Part shown: positions 32,514 through 43,553 of the stretch, in pieces | Numbering within the stretch: position 1 is the stretch's first letter | Layout of the letters: each line of letters begins with the position of its first letter | Assembly: GCA_963675525.2 (NCBI GenBank) | Contig: CAXXSL010000011.1 | Coordinates: 32,001 to 96,000 of the forward strand | Length of the DNA stretch: 64,000 nucleotides | Direction: 5' to 3' | Origin: Anaerohalosphaeraceae bacterium | GTDB lineage: Bacteria; Planctomycetota; Phycisphaerae; Sedimentisphaerales; Anaerohalosphaeraceae | Program-made: the position numbers and the translations under genes | The notes under the pieces: model-generated | What the model saw: only the letters and a program-made list of their open reading frames with translations | What the model was told of the DNA's origin: nothing | The model's database searches: none

Positions 32514-33938
32514 CTACTGTCGAAGGTATTGGTCAACAGCGTCGGCTGCTTTTCTGCCGGCATCGATCGCCCGCACAATCAGCGAAGCACCGCTGACAGT
32601 ATCGCCCGCTGAAAAGACCCACGGAACACTGGTCTGATAATCGTTCACTGCCACATTACCCTGTCTGTCCAGTTTCAAATCGAATGCTTCAATCAATCCT
32701 TCATGTACCGGATGCAGAAAGCCCATAGCCAGCAGTACCAAGTCGGCTTTGAGTTCAAATTCCGAATTCGGAACATCGCGGATATCCCACTGTCTGTCTG
32801 TCTTTTTCTGCCAGTCGACCTGGCAGCAATTCAAATGATGAACGCGCGTACCTACACCGGAAATGCTTTTGGTCGTCACTGACCAGCGACGGTCACAGCC
32901 CTCTTCATGGGACGATGACGTCCTCATGGTTCGCGGCCACTGCGGCCACGGCGTGTCCGGCGGACATGTTTCCGGAGGTTGGGGAAGAATCTCGATTTGT
33001 GTAATCGACCTGGCACCCTGCCTGCGAGAGGTTCCCACACAGTCACTGCCGGTATCGCCTCCGCCAATAACGACAACATCTTTATCATGTGCAGTAATCA
33101 GTTTGTCCTGATTAATGGCTTCTCCTGAATTAAGACGATTCTGCATACTCAAAAAATCCATGGCGAAATGAATATTGTCATAGCCTCGTCCGGACACGGT
33201 CAAATCACGCGGCTGCCCCGCCCCCATGGTCAAACACACCGCATCAAACATCTTGTGCAAATAGTTTCCGGAGATATCCACCCCAACTTCCACACCCGTC
33301 TGGAACTTAACGCCTTCGGCTTCCATCTGCTGAATGCGGCGATCAATAACCCATTTTTCAAGTTTGAAGTCCGGAATACCATACCGCAGCAAACCGCCCG
33401 GCTTATCGTCTTTTTCAAATACAGTTATGTCATGCCCTACCCGGGCAAGCTGCTGAGCAACTGCAAGACCGGCAGGGCCGGAACCGATGACTGCAACTTT
33501 TTTCCCTGTTTTGGCTTCCGGAATCAGCGGGACAATCCAACCTTCTGCGAAACCGCGTTCGACAATCTGAAATTCGATGTGACGGATCAGCACAGGTTCA
33601 TCATTCACCGCCATCGTACAAGCCGTCTCACAGGGCGCCGGACACACACGACCGGTTATTTCCGGGAAATTATTTGTCGAATGCAGGTTCTCACACGCTT
33701 CTTTCCAGCGTCCCCGGTAAACCAGGTCATTAAATTCCGGGATTCGGTTGGCGATCGGACAGCCGCTATTGCTATGACAAAACGGAATACCGCAATCGGC
33801 ACAGCGCGCAGCCTGCTGGTTGATCGCATCAGGCGTCAGCGGGATTTCAATTTCCTGAAAATCCCCGACACGCTGATCGACCGGGCGATAAGCAACCTTT
33901 TGACGTTTATAGTCTAAAAACCCTTTTGTTTTAGCCAT
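32514..33938 (-). CDS. gltD: Glutamate synthase small subunit
   Basis: CADCGIPFCH, GRVCPAPCE, GSGPAG, GGGDTGSDC; start at MAKTKGF overlaps the gltB stop. Confidence 0.97.
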   Translation of the reverse strand: MAKTKGFLDYKRQKVAYRPVDQRVGDFQEIEIPLTPDAINQQAARCADCGIPFCHSNSGCPIANRIPEFNDLVYRGRWKEACENLHSTNNFPEITGRVCPAPCETACTMAVNDEPVLIRHIEFQIVERGFAEGWIVPLIPEAKTGKKVAVIGSGPAGLAVAQQLARVGHDITVFEKDDKPGGLLRYGIPDFKLEKWVIDRRIQQMEAEGVKFQTGVEVGVDISGNYLHKMFDAVCLTMGAGQPRDLTVSGRGYDNIHFAMDFLSMQNRLNSGEAINQDKLITAHDKDVVVIGGGDTGSDCVGTSRRQGARSITQIEILPQPPETCPPDTPWPQWPRTMRTSSSHEEGCDRRWSVTTKSISGVGTRVHHLNCCQVDWQKKTDRQWDIRDVPNSEFELKADLVLLAMGFLHPVHEGLIEAFDLKLDRQGNVAVNDYQTSVPWVFSAGDTVSGASLIVRAIDAGRKAADAVDQYLRQ

Positions 33939-36900
33939 TGAAGACCTCCTCGGTAGCCGGGGTTGAATCTGTATCGCGATCTTCTTTTGCCCGCATGCGT
34001 TCCAATGCCTTGCGGTAGTCAATCGGAATCACTTTGACAAAGCGTCCGACCATGTCCGGCCATGCATCCAGAATCCGCCGGGCCCGTGAACTCCGGGTCA
34101 ATTTTTCGTGCTTCTGAATCAGGTTGTACATCAGGTCTTTATCTTCCTGTCTCCAGACGCTTTCAAGGTCGACCATGTCAAGATTACAGAGAGTGTCAAA
34201 TAACTGAAGTTCATCGAGTACATAAGCAATACCGCCGCTCATGCCCGCCGCAAAATTGCACCCCGTTTGTCCCAGCACCACAACCAAACCGCCGGTCATG
34301 TACTCACAACCGTGATCACCCACACCTTCTACGACAGCCGTGGCTCCGCTGTTTCGGACGCAGAAGCGTTCGCCGGCCATGCCGTTGATAAAGACCTCTC
34401 CGCGTGTGGCGCCATAAAGCAAGGTATTGCCCACAATAATATTCTCATGGGCCAAAAACGGCGAACCAAACGGTGTTTCCACGATAATCCGTCCGCCGCT
34501 GAGTCCTTTGCCCAGATAGTCATTGCTATCCCCAATGAGCTTCAAGGTAACCCCCTTGATCAGAAAAGCACCCAGGCTTTGTCCTGCCGAACCGGAAAGA
34601 TTAATCGTAATGGTATCATCTTCAAGGCCGTCCGGGCCGAATTTTTTAACCAGACGGTTGCTTAAAATCGTTCCAATCGTACGGTCGGTATTCTTAATCG
34701 GTAAATCAATGGAAACCTTCTGCTTGCTCTCAAAGGTTGCCTTTGCTTTCTCGATAATGCCCCAATCCATGTGGTCTTTAAGGTGGTATGCCTGCTTGGA
34801 CGAATTGTATAACTCGCTCGGTTTATCGGCTTTCGGCTGATGGAAAATCAGGGAGTAATCCAATCCCCTGGCTTTATAATGGTCAATCGCATCCTGCATT
34901 CTCAGCTTATCCACGCATCCGACCATCTCATTAAATTTCCTAAAACCAAGCTGAGCCATGATGCGGCGGGCCTCTTCTGCGATAAAGTAAAAGAAACGTT
35001 CAATATATTCGGGTTTGCCCGCAAACCGTTTTCGAAGTTCCGGATCCTGCGTTGCAATCCCGTATGTGCAGGCTCCTTCATGGCATTTTCGCAGAAGCGT
35101 ACAGCCCATACAGACCAATGCGGACGTACCAAAACCAAACTGCTCGGCACCCAGCAACGCCCCAATCACAACATCCCGGCCGGTTCGCAACTGACCGTCC
35201 ACCTGAACACGAACCCGGTCACGCAGTTTGTTCATGACCAGCACCTGCTGCGTTTCGGCAATTCCCACTTCCCACGGGCAACCTGCATGTTTAATCGACG
35301 ATTGCGGACTGGCCCCCGTTCCGCCGTCATGGCCGCTGATGAGAACTTCATCGGCGTTTCCTTTGGAAACACCGGCTGCAATCGTTCCGACGCCAACCTC
35401 GGAAACCAGTTTGACCGATACTTTCGCTTCCGGGTTAGAACATTTCAAGTCATAAATCAACTGCGCCAAATCCTCAATAGAATAAATATCGTGATGTGGC
35501 GGCGGCGAAATCAATGTCACACCGGGCGTTGAGTAACGCAAACGGGCAATTTCCTGACTCACTTTGTGCCCCGGTAGTTGTCCACCCTCACCGGGCTTGG
35601 CCCCCTGAGCCATCTTGATCTGGATTTCCCGGCCGTGTGCCAGGTAATTTATGGTGACGCCAAACCGGGCACTTGCGATTTGCTTGATCGCACTATTTTT
35701 GGAATCACCATTCGGCTCCAGGGTATAGCGTACCGGGTCTTCACCACCTTCTCCCGTATTGCTCATCCCACCGAGGCGATTCATCGCAATGGCCATGCAT
35801 TCGTGCGCCTCTTTGCTGATGGACCCGTGACTCATAGCACCGGTACAAAATCGCTTGACGATTTCCGATGCCGGCTCAACCTCCTCGATTGGAATTGGCT
35901 CACTGGGTTTCAGCATAAATAAACCGCGCAGCGTACATATTTCTTTCGCCTGGTTATTAATCGATTCAGCATAATCATCGTACGCCTTCTGATCTTCATA
36001 ATACACGGCATGCTGTAATTTGCTGACGGTCGTTGGATTCCACAAATGACGCTCGCCGTCTATGCGATAATGATAATCGCCGCCGAAATCCAGTTCGAGT
36101 GAACCCGGTTTTCGAGGACTGTAAGCCTCCCGGTAACGTGTGCGAATATCGGCAGCAATCTGTTCCAGACCAATGCCGCCAATACGCGAACTGGTTCCCG
36201 TGAAATATTTGTCGATCACATTCTTGTCGATGCCGATCGCCTCAAATAACTGGGCGTTAAAATAGCTGCGAAGGGTCGAAATGCCCATTTTGCTCATCGT
36301 CTTAAGAATTCCCTTTTTGATGGCAGCAATATAGTTACTGGCAATCTGGGAAGCCTCCATTGTTTGCGGTATATCACCTTGCTGCTGCATGTGGTTGAGG
36401 CTCTCAAAAACGATATAAGGATTCACACCGTTGGCGCCGAAACCGCACAGCAAACAAAAATGCTGAACTTCGCGAGCTTCTCCGGTCTCAAGGATCAGCC
36501 CCGCCTCTCCCCGCAGGCCCTTTTCAATCAGGCTGTGATGCAATGCGGAAACCGCCAGCAGCGCGGGGATAGGAGCCAATCCGGGACCCGCCGTTTTATC
36601 GCTGACAATAATCAATGACGCATCTTTCTCAAGAATAGCGTGTTCAGCATCATTGAGTAAACGATCCAAAGCTGTTTCAAGTCCCAGCGTCGGATCCTCT
36701 TCGTCGATCTCAAAAACAGCCTGAATGGTTTCAACCTTATAATTATCTCGCTGAACACCTCGAAGCCGTGCAATATCTTCATTGGTCAATACCGGGTGAG
36801 GCAATTTCAACTGACGACAATGTTCCGGCGTTTCATCAAGAACATTCAACTTTTTGCCGGTAAAGCTCATCAGGCTCATCACCAATCCTTCGCGCAATGG

Positions 36901-38490
36901 ATCGATCGGTGGATTTGTCACCTGTGCAAAGAGTTGTTTAAAGTAATTATAAAGAAGTTTCGGTTTGTCACTGAGCACCGCCAGCGGTGTATCATTGCCC
37001 ATTGAACCCACCGGTTCCTGACCGTTGACCGCCATCGGCAGCAACAGCATACGCAATTCTTCACGGGTATAGCCAAACATTCGCATTCGGGCAGCCAATG
37101 TCTCCGGGGTCCCCTCAACCAGTTCAGGCGTATCGAAAAGACCTTTCAATTCAATATGGTTTTCATTGAGCCAGCGTCGATACGGTTTTTGACGCGCCAC
37201 TTTTCCCTTGATTTCATTGTCGGTAATGATCCGGCCTTCCTCGGTATCAACCAGAAACATCTTGCCGGGCTGAAGACGCCCCCGGGTCCGCACTTTTTCC
37301 GGCGGAAATTCGACAACTCCCGTTTCACTGGCCAGAATCACCAGTCCATCGGTTGTTACGGTATACCGGCAGGGCCGTAACCCGTTGCGGTCAAGCGTTC
37401 CTCCCAGTAAACGCCCGTCCGTAAAGACCATCGCCGCAGGACCGTCCCAGGGTTCCATCATGGAAGCGTGATATTCATAGAACGCCCGCTTGTCGGTACT
37501 AATATGGTACTTCGGCCCAAAGGCTTCGGGAATCATCATCATGAGCGAATGCGGCATACTGCGACCGCCAAGATGCAGCAATTCCAGCATGTTATCAAAA
37601 CAGGCCGAATCACTGCCGCCGGGTGTCAAAATCGGCAGTAAATCGCTCAGGTCTTTGCTAAATGTTTTACATTCGATCCGTTTTTCACGCATTCGCGTAC
37701 AATTTCGATTGCCGCTCAGCGTGTTGATTTCACCGTTATGGGCAATACAACGGAAAGGTTGTGCCAACCGCCAATTTGGGAATGTATTCGTGCTGTAGCG
37801 CTGGTGAACAATCGCAAGCGCCGAAGTAAACCGTTCGTCATTGATATCAGGATAGTAAGCAAACAACTGCCAGGCCATGAACATGCCTTTGTAGCAAATG
37901 GTCTTGCAGGAAAGAGAGGTCACATAGAAATCATGGGCGGCCTCGCCAAACGCCTCAAGAACCAGTCGTTCGGCGCGTTTGCGAGACATAAACAACTGCC
38001 GTTCCATCGCATCGTGATCGAAGCTGCCCCCGTCAACAAAAATCTGTCTGATGCTCGGTTCTGCGGAAAGTGCGATCTCTCCCAGGCATTCCGCGGAAAC
38101 CGGAACTTCACGCCAGCCCAGCACTTTCATGCCATAGTGCTTAATCGCCTTCTCCAGCAGTTTATCGCACTCTTTGCGAAGTTTTTTATCCTTGGCGCCA
38201 AATACCATCCCTACACCGTATAAACCGGGATCGGGCAGATCGAACCCGAGCTTCTTTGTTTCCGATTTAAAAAACGCATGGGGTATCTGGGAAAGCACAC
38301 CGGCGCCATCACCCGTAACATTATCCGCGCTGGCCGCACCGCGATGGTGCAGGTTCAGCAATATTTCCTTGCTGTACTGAATAATCAAGTGATCTTTTTC
38401 GCCGGAAATATTGACAACGGCGCCAATCCCACACGCGTCATGCTCACGCCTGGCTTCATAAAGTCCCTGATCTTTTGGCATTAATGGCAT
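33931..38490 (-). CDS. gltB: Glutamate synthase large subunit
   Basis: EHDACGIG, HNGEIN, QGAKPGEGGQLPG, 3Fe-4S cysteines, GXGXG domain. Confidence 0.98.
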   Translation of the reverse strand: MPLMPKDQGLYEARREHDACGIGAVVNISGEKDHLIIQYSKEILLNLHHRGAASADNVTGDGAGVLSQIPHAFFKSETKKLGFDLPDPGLYGVGMVFGAKDKKLRKECDKLLEKAIKHYGMKVLGWREVPVSAECLGEIALSAEPSIRQIFVDGGSFDHDAMERQLFMSRKRAERLVLEAFGEAAHDFYVTSLSCKTICYKGMFMAWQLFAYYPDINDERFTSALAIVHQRYSTNTFPNWRLAQPFRCIAHNGEINTLSGNRNCTRMREKRIECKTFSKDLSDLLPILTPGGSDSACFDNMLELLHLGGRSMPHSLMMMIPEAFGPKYHISTDKRAFYEYHASMMEPWDGPAAMVFTDGRLLGGTLDRNGLRPCRYTVTTDGLVILASETGVVEFPPEKVRTRGRLQPGKMFLVDTEEGRIITDNEIKGKVARQKPYRRWLNENHIELKGLFDTPELVEGTPETLAARMRMFGYTREELRMLLLPMAVNGQEPVGSMGNDTPLAVLSDKPKLLYNYFKQLFAQVTNPPIDPLREGLVMSLMSFTGKKLNVLDETPEHCRQLKLPHPVLTNEDIARLRGVQRDNYKVETIQAVFEIDEEDPTLGLETALDRLLNDAEHAILEKDASLIIVSDKTAGPGLAPIPALLAVSALHHSLIEKGLRGEAGLILETGEAREVQHFCLLCGFGANGVNPYIVFESLNHMQQQGDIPQTMEASQIASNYIAAIKKGILKTMSKMGISTLRSYFNAQLFEAIGIDKNVIDKYFTGTSSRIGGIGLEQIAADIRTRYREAYSPRKPGSLELDFGGDYHYRIDGERHLWNPTTVSKLQHAVYYEDQKAYDDYAESINNQAKEICTLRGLFMLKPSEPIPIEEVEPASEIVKRFCTGAMSHGSISKEAHECMAIAMNRLGGMSNTGEGGEDPVRYTLEPNGDSKNSAIKQIASARFGVTINYLAHGREIQIKMAQGAKPGEGGQLPGHKVSQEIARLRYSTPGVTLISPPPHHDIYSIEDLAQLIYDLKCSNPEAKVSVKLVSEVGVGTIAAGVSKGNADEVLISGHDGGTGASPQSSIKHAGCPWEVGIAETQQVLVMNKLRDRVRVQVDGQLRTGRDVVIGALLGAEQFGFGTSALVCMGCTLLRKCHEGACTYGIATQDPELRKRFAGKPEYIERFFYFIAEEARRIMAQLGFRKFNEMVGCVDKLRMQDAIDHYKARGLDYSLIFHQPKADKPSELYNSSKQAYHLKDHMDWGIIEKAKATFESKQKVSIDLPIKNTDRTIGTILSNRLVKKFGPDGLEDDTITINLSGSAGQSLGAFLIKGVTLKLIGDSNDYLGKGLSGGRIIVETPFGSPFLAHENIIVGNTLLYGATRGEVFINGMAGERFCVRNSGATAVVEGVGDHGCEYMTGGLVVVLGQTGCNFAAGMSGGIAYVLDELQLFDTLCNLDMVDLESVWRQEDKDLMYNLIQKHEKLTRSSRARRILDAWPDMVGRFVKVIPIDYRKALERMRAKEDRDTDSTPATEEVFNG

Positions 38491-38563
38491 TTATACTTCC
38501 TTAATCAACTTACCGGGGTTTCCTCATGCTATGCTTAATTCACTAAACACTCAAAGACCCCTC

Positions 38564-38592
38564 AGGATAGCGATTTTGGTGCTTTATGTCAA
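38564..38592 (-). promoter_or_regulatory. sigma70-type promoter of gltBD-nadE
   Basis: TTGACA-N17-TATCCT. Confidence 0.6.
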
Positions 38593-38757
38593 TATCTATT
38601 CAATAAAAAATGTTCTTCTTAAACCTTGTTTACTTATCGTGTCACGAGTAGTAAGCATAAATAATCATAAACAAACAACCCCGTCGAAACAAGATATATC
38701 CGACAGGGTTGCTAATTATTTAACTAATTTTCAATTGATGAATCACCGAAATATCGG

Positions 38758-40854
38758 TTATCTCAAAAACAGCATTTCCGCATAAGTGGGCAACGGCCAA
38801 ACTTCGGCGTCCACCAATGTTTCCAGTTCATCGGCAGGCTTACGGAGTGCCAGCATCGCCGGAATAACGTCATCACGGTAACTTCGAGCCTGCATATTCG
38901 GCTTTTTGATGTTCTGGGCTTTCTCGACAGCCGCCTCAAGGGCTTCGATTGCCTGAGCCAACTCATCCACAAGACGGCACACCTTCTCAAGTGAACTTTG
39001 AATGGCACCACACTTAACACCGGAATCAGCAACGATACTGAGGGTCGACCCCAGACGAGCACACGATTCAACACAAGCCGGCATGATCTGACGCTTGGCC
39101 ATGTTCAGCATGGTCAGAGCTTCGATATTGATGCTCCCACTATAACCTTCCAGAAGGATTTCCGTACGTGCATGCAATTCCTGTTTGCTCAAGACGTTGT
39201 GTTTCTTGAACACATCAACGTTTTCTTTTTCAAGAATTGTCTCCAGCGATTCAACCGTCGACCGAATATTCGGCAAGCCGCGTTTTTTCGCTTCCGCAAC
39301 CCAGGCATCAGAATAATTATCGCCATTAAAGATAATCCGTTTATGATTTTTCGCAATCCCCTTGAGAATCTTCTCAGCTTCTTTGCGAACATCTTTTGCC
39401 TTTTCAAGGGAATCGGCAATGTTCGCCAGGGACTCTGCAACGATTGAATTAATCACAAAGTTGGAGCCTGAGCAGGATTGTTTAGAACCGACCATGCGAA
39501 ACTCAAAGCGATTCCCGGTAAAGGCAAACGGCGATGTTCGGTTACGGTCAGTTGTGTCTTTCGGCAGCGGAGGCAGGGTTGAACTTCCAAGCTTCAACTC
39601 ACCGCCCTTTTTGGAACTCTTGGCGCCATTGCCGGCTAATTGTTCAAAAATGTCGGTCAACTGGTCACCCAGGAAAATCGATACGATCGCCGGAGGTGCT
39701 TCATTGGCGCCCAAGCGATGTTCGTTGCCCGGATTGGCAACCGACGCTCGCAACAACTTGGCATATTGGTCAACCGCACGAATAACAGCACACAAGAACA
39801 CAAGAAAGACCATGTTGTCATGTGGAGTCGTACCGGGATCCAGCAGATTATTGCCGGTGTCCGTTACAAGACTCCAGTTATTGTGCTTGCCGGAACCGTT
39901 GACACCCGCAAATGGTTTTTCATGAAGCAGACAAACAAAATCGTGCCGCAGAGCCACCTTCTCCAGGGTTTCCATTGTCAATTGATTGTGGTCTGTCGCA
40001 ACATTGACCGTCGCAAACAAAGGCGCCAGTTCATACTGAGCCGGGGACACTTCATTGTGCTGTGTTTTCGCGGAAACGCCAAGCTTCCACAACTCCGTAT
40101 TGACATCGTTCATGTATGCGGCAATACGTTCGTGCAGCGTACCAAAGTAATGGTCGTCCATTTCCTGACCACGCGGGGACGGAGCGCCAAATAACGTACG
40201 TCCGGCCAGAACAAGGTCAAGGCGTTTTTCGAAGAAGCTGCGGTCAACCAAAAAGTATTCCTGCTCGGGACCAAGCGTTGATGTAACACTTGTCACGTCG
40301 GATTCACCGAGCACCTTAAGAACACGAACAGCCTGCTTGCTGAGAGCTTCCATCGAACGCAGTAAAGGTGTCTTCTTATCCAATGCTTCGCCCGTGTATG
40401 AACAGAACGCACAGGGAATATAAAGTGTTTTGCCCTTGATGAACACCGGCGACGTACAATCCCAGGCAGTATAACCACGCGCTTCAAAGGTCGCACGCAA
40501 ACCGCCTGAAGGGAATGAGGACGCATCCGGTTCACCCTGCACCAGCAGTTTACCACTGAACTCCAGAATCACCTTGCCTTCCGGCGTCGGGGTAATAAAT
40601 GAATCATGTTTTTCTGCCGTCAAGCCCGTCATCGGCTGGAACCAATGACAAAAGTGTGTGGCCCCTTTTTCCAAAGCCCAATCTTTCATTGCGTTGGCAA
40701 TGACGTCCGCGATGGCCGTGGTAAATTCGCCTCGCCCCTGACGGATCTTGACGAACTCCTTATAGATATTCTTTGGCAACTGCTGACGCATCACAGCATC
40801 ATTGAACACGTTAAGACCAAAAATATCAGTCAATTGCGTTTCTTCATTCTTCAT
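38758..40854 (-). CDS. glnN: Glutamine synthetase type III
   Basis: [58 protein letters not shown]. Confidence 0.95.
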   Translation of the reverse strand: MKNEETQLTDIFGLNVFNDAVMRQQLPKNIYKEFVKIRQGRGEFTTAIADVIANAMKDWALEKGATHFCHWFQPMTGLTAEKHDSFITPTPEGKVILEFSGKLLVQGEPDASSFPSGGLRATFEARGYTAWDCTSPVFIKGKTLYIPCAFCSYTGEALDKKTPLLRSMEALSKQAVRVLKVLGESDVTSVTSTLGPEQEYFLVDRSFFEKRLDLVLAGRTLFGAPSPRGQEMDDHYFGTLHERIAAYMNDVNTELWKLGVSAKTQHNEVSPAQYELAPLFATVNVATDHNQLTMETLEKVALRHDFVCLLHEKPFAGVNGSGKHNNWSLVTDTGNNLLDPGTTPHDNMVFLVFLCAVIRAVDQYAKLLRASVANPGNEHRLGANEAPPAIVSIFLGDQLTDIFEQLAGNGAKSSKKGGELKLGSSTLPPLPKDTTDRNRTSPFAFTGNRFEFRMVGSKQSCSGSNFVINSIVAESLANIADSLEKAKDVRKEAEKILKGIAKNHKRIIFNGDNYSDAWVAEAKKRGLPNIRSTVESLETILEKENVDVFKKHNVLSKQELHARTEILLEGYSGSINIEALTMLNMAKRQIMPACVESCARLGSTLSIVADSGVKCGAIQSSLEKVCRLVDELAQAIEALEAAVEKAQNIKKPNMQARSYRDDVIPAMLALRKPADELETLVDAEVWPLPTYAEMLFLR

Positions 40855-41004
40855 GTACTACTCCTTGAGATTGTAAATAGGTTAAATTTTCTCTCTTTTA
40901 GTATAAAAAGTATACCTGTCATTCCAATCCGGCAACAAGCATGTCTGTAATTATATAACGGTCACCACTCAAGTCAATATATGACCACTGCCATTTACAT
41001 ACTT

Positions 41005-41020
41005 TGCAAAAAATATACCA
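41005..41020 (-). promoter_or_regulatory. sigma54 -24/-12 promoter of GSIII
   Basis: TGGTAT-ATTTT-TTGCA. Confidence 0.7.
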
Positions 41021-41092
41021 CTGTCTCAGAACCGACAATAAATAACACATCCTCTTATTTTTAAATAAGTTACCACTGAAACACCTAAACAT

Positions 41093-41122
41093 AACAATTA
41101 TGTAATAAGTTACATTTTTGTA
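41093..41122. promoter_or_regulatory. Two TACA-W4-TGTA-type operator sites
   Basis: aacaattatgta 41093, tacatttttgta 41111. Confidence 0.65.
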
Positions 41123-41159
41123 ATTTTTCGCCGTAGTTGTCAACTTTTTTGTAGATACC

Positions 41160-41501
41160 TTATCCAATTGCCCCGTTTCCCGATTCATCCGTTCGGATAC
41201 GGATACACTCCTCTAACGGCATAACAAATATTTTTCCGTCGCCAATGTTACCACTCTTGGCAGCTTTGATAATAGCTTTAATCGTCGGCTTTACAAATTG
41301 ATCATTTACGGCAACTTCGAGACGTATCTTCTCAAGCAGGTTAACCTGCTTGACCTGGCCGCGATAGTGTTCGCTATAACCGGCCTGCTGACCGCAGCCT
41401 CGAACCCGACTGACCGTCATCTTATAGACTTCCGCATTAAACAATGATTGCTTAACGGCTTCGAGTTTTTCTGGCTGAATAATTGCGATAACCATTTTCA
41501 T
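41160..41501 (-). CDS. glnK: P-II nitrogen regulatory protein
   Basis: GCGQQAG, T-loop [18 protein letters not shown]; follows an amt gene. Confidence 0.93.
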   Translation of the reverse strand: MKMVIAIIQPEKLEAVKQSLFNAEVYKMTVSRVRGCGQQAGYSEHYRGQVKQVNLLEKIRLEVAVNDQFVKPTIKAIIKAAKSGNIGDGKIFVMPLEECIRIRTDESGNGAIG

Positions 41502-41571
41502 CTGGATATTCTCCTGTATAATTTTTGCGCTATGTTTTTAGGTTCGACCAATCGAATCATTCCAAACGAGC

Positions 41572-42876
41572 CTAGATCGCTTCTTCGGGGTTAGCCTGAA
41601 TCTGATGAACTGTTAAATCAGAGCCAACGGTTTCTTCATGCGGATCGATCCGAATCCCAACAGTCAATTTAAGAAGGCCGTAAACAAGCGTACTTGCCAG
41701 CAGGGCAAACACAATAACAGCCGCGGTAACGATCAATTGCGAGAAGAAACTAACCTCGCCTTTTCCGCCTAAGGCTTCAAGGCCGAATATCCCTGCGGCG
41801 ATACCGCCCCAGGCACCGCAGACACCATGAAGTGGCCAGACTCCAAGCACATCATCAATCTTCCATGTCTCTGTTTCACATTGGAATAAGAACACAAAGA
41901 TCGCTCCGGCGACACCGCCAACAACCAGTGCGGCAACCGGATGGTATAAGTCAGACCCCGCACAAACCGCCACCAGTCCGGCCAATGCACCGTTATGCAC
42001 AAAACCTGCGTCATTTCTGGAAATGAATAAAGCGGCGATAGTACCTCCAACCATCGCCATCAGCGAGTTGATCGCAACTAAACCCGAAGCATCGCCGAGA
42101 TTGCCTGAGCTCATTACATTAAACCCGAACCAGCCAACAATGAGGGCCCAGCTGCCCAAAGCCAGAAATGGAATACTGCTGACTTTGATCGCGTTATCCT
42201 CATATCGCTTAAGACGTGCCCCTAACAGCATAATTGCCGGCAATGCCAGCCAGCCGCCTGTAGCATGAACAACGACCGAGCCCGCAAAATCATGAAACGG
42301 AGCACCGAAAAACACTGCCAGTTTACCTTGTGCCCCGCCAATAAAAGTATTATATTGCCCCCATGTAAATGCCTCGATCAATGGGTATACAAGTCCTACA
42401 TAAATCCCGCCGGCCAACGCATTTGTCCAGAACTTTGAGCGTTCGGCCACCCCACCTGAAATAATCGCGGGAATACAGGCCGCAAAACCCAACAGGAAGA
42501 AAAACTTGACATATTCAAAGCCGTTTTGCCCGGACATCTCAGAAACCGGAGCCAGTAAAGAAACGCCGCGTGCAATCGGATAGCCAATCAGAAAATAGAT
42601 AACCGTCGAAAAACTCCATTCGGATAAAATCTTATTCAAGGCATTGACCTGATTCTTCTTGCGAACAGACCCGACTTCAAGAAATGCGAATCCCCCATGC
42701 ATTGCTAGAATCATCACGGCTCCAATCAGAATGAAAAAAAGACTGGATGATTCACTTAACTGACTTAACGCCGGTTCCTGGGGCTGGGCAACGGCCGCAC
42801 CTTGTGAAAAAAGCAATATCCCCACCACCCCAGCGCACAAATGCGCAGGACTAAACGTTTTTGTTGTTGTCTTCAT
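41572..42876 (-). CDS. amt: Ammonium transporter (divergent clade)
   Basis: DFAGSVVVH, GWFGFN, DDVLGVWPLHG; GAGG RBS supports a start at 42876. Confidence 0.92.
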   Translation of the reverse strand: MKTTTKTFSPAHLCAGVVGILLFSQGAAVAQPQEPALSQLSESSSLFFILIGAVMILAMHGGFAFLEVGSVRKKNQVNALNKILSEWSFSTVIYFLIGYPIARGVSLLAPVSEMSGQNGFEYVKFFFLLGFAACIPAIISGGVAERSKFWTNALAGGIYVGLVYPLIEAFTWGQYNTFIGGAQGKLAVFFGAPFHDFAGSVVVHATGGWLALPAIMLLGARLKRYEDNAIKVSSIPFLALGSWALIVGWFGFNVMSSGNLGDASGLVAINSLMAMVGGTIAALFISRNDAGFVHNGALAGLVAVCAGSDLYHPVAALVVGGVAGAIFVFLFQCETETWKIDDVLGVWPLHGVCGAWGGIAAGIFGLEALGGKGEVSFFSQLIVTAAVIVFALLASTLVYGLLKLTVGIRIDPHEETVGSDLTVHQIQANPEEAI

Positions 42877-42976
42877 GCAGAACCTCACTTCATTACAATT
42901 GGCGTTTTTGTTAGTTGCGGTGTCTCTGTGGCCACAAAGATGCCGCATTCATTTTTGCTGTTCAGAAGAGGTTTTT

Positions 42977-42993
42977 AGCAAGAAATGTGCCAA
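42977..42993 (-). promoter_or_regulatory. sigma54 promoter of the third amt-glnK pair
   Basis: TTGGCAC-ATTTC-TTGCT. Confidence 0.85.
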
Positions 42994-43022
42994 TCTGATA
43001 TATCGGCTCTACTTTAAGATGT

Positions 43023-43128
43023 AACACTTTTGTTTATATACAATTAGGTTGTTACATTTATGTCGACACTATAACAAACAAAAACTACATTATTGTAGTA
43101 TCTATTACCATGAAGTCACAATAATGTA
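43023..43128. promoter_or_regulatory. Four phased TACA-W4-TGTA-like operator sites
   Basis: 43023 aacacttttgtt, 43053 tacatttatgtc, 43086 tacattattgta, 43117 cacaataatgta. Confidence 0.7.
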
Positions 43129-43173
43129 GTTTCCGTGTGTCTTTTGTGAAATATTTAATTTGCTCTAAATCAG

Positions 43174-43515
43174 CTATCCAATAGCGTCCTTACCGTGATC
43201 TCCCGTGCGAATCCGGATGCAATCAGCAAGATCCAGAACAAAGATCTTGCCATCGCCAATCTCTCCCGTTCGAGCTGCTGAAATGACCGTATCAACCGTC
43301 TTTTTAAGAAAATCATCGTTCACGGCGATTTCCAAGCGAATCTTTTTGAGAAGATTAACTTCAAACTTGATTCCGCGGTAACTTTCTTCAAAGCCCATCT
43401 GGGCTCCGCATCCCAGCGAGTTTGTCACGGACATTTTGGCAACATCTGCCTCTGCCAGCGCTTTCTTAACATCTTCCAATTTATGCGGCTGTATATAGGC
43501 AATAATCAGTTTCAT
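43174..43515 (-). CDS. glnK: P-II nitrogen regulatory protein
   Basis: [30 protein letters not shown]. Confidence 0.94.
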   Translation of the reverse strand: MKLIIAYIQPHKLEDVKKALAEADVAKMSVTNSLGCGAQMGFEESYRGIKFEVNLLKKIRLEIAVNDDFLKKTVDTVISAARTGEIGDGKIFVLDLADCIRIRTGDHGKDAIG

Positions 43516-43553
43516 TTTTATCTCTCCTGTATATTCGAATTCCTCTTAGATTT

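Noticed and set aside
33939..34022. N-terminal extension of GltD
   Set aside because: Overlaps gltB; the start at MAKTKGF with a GAGG RBS fits better
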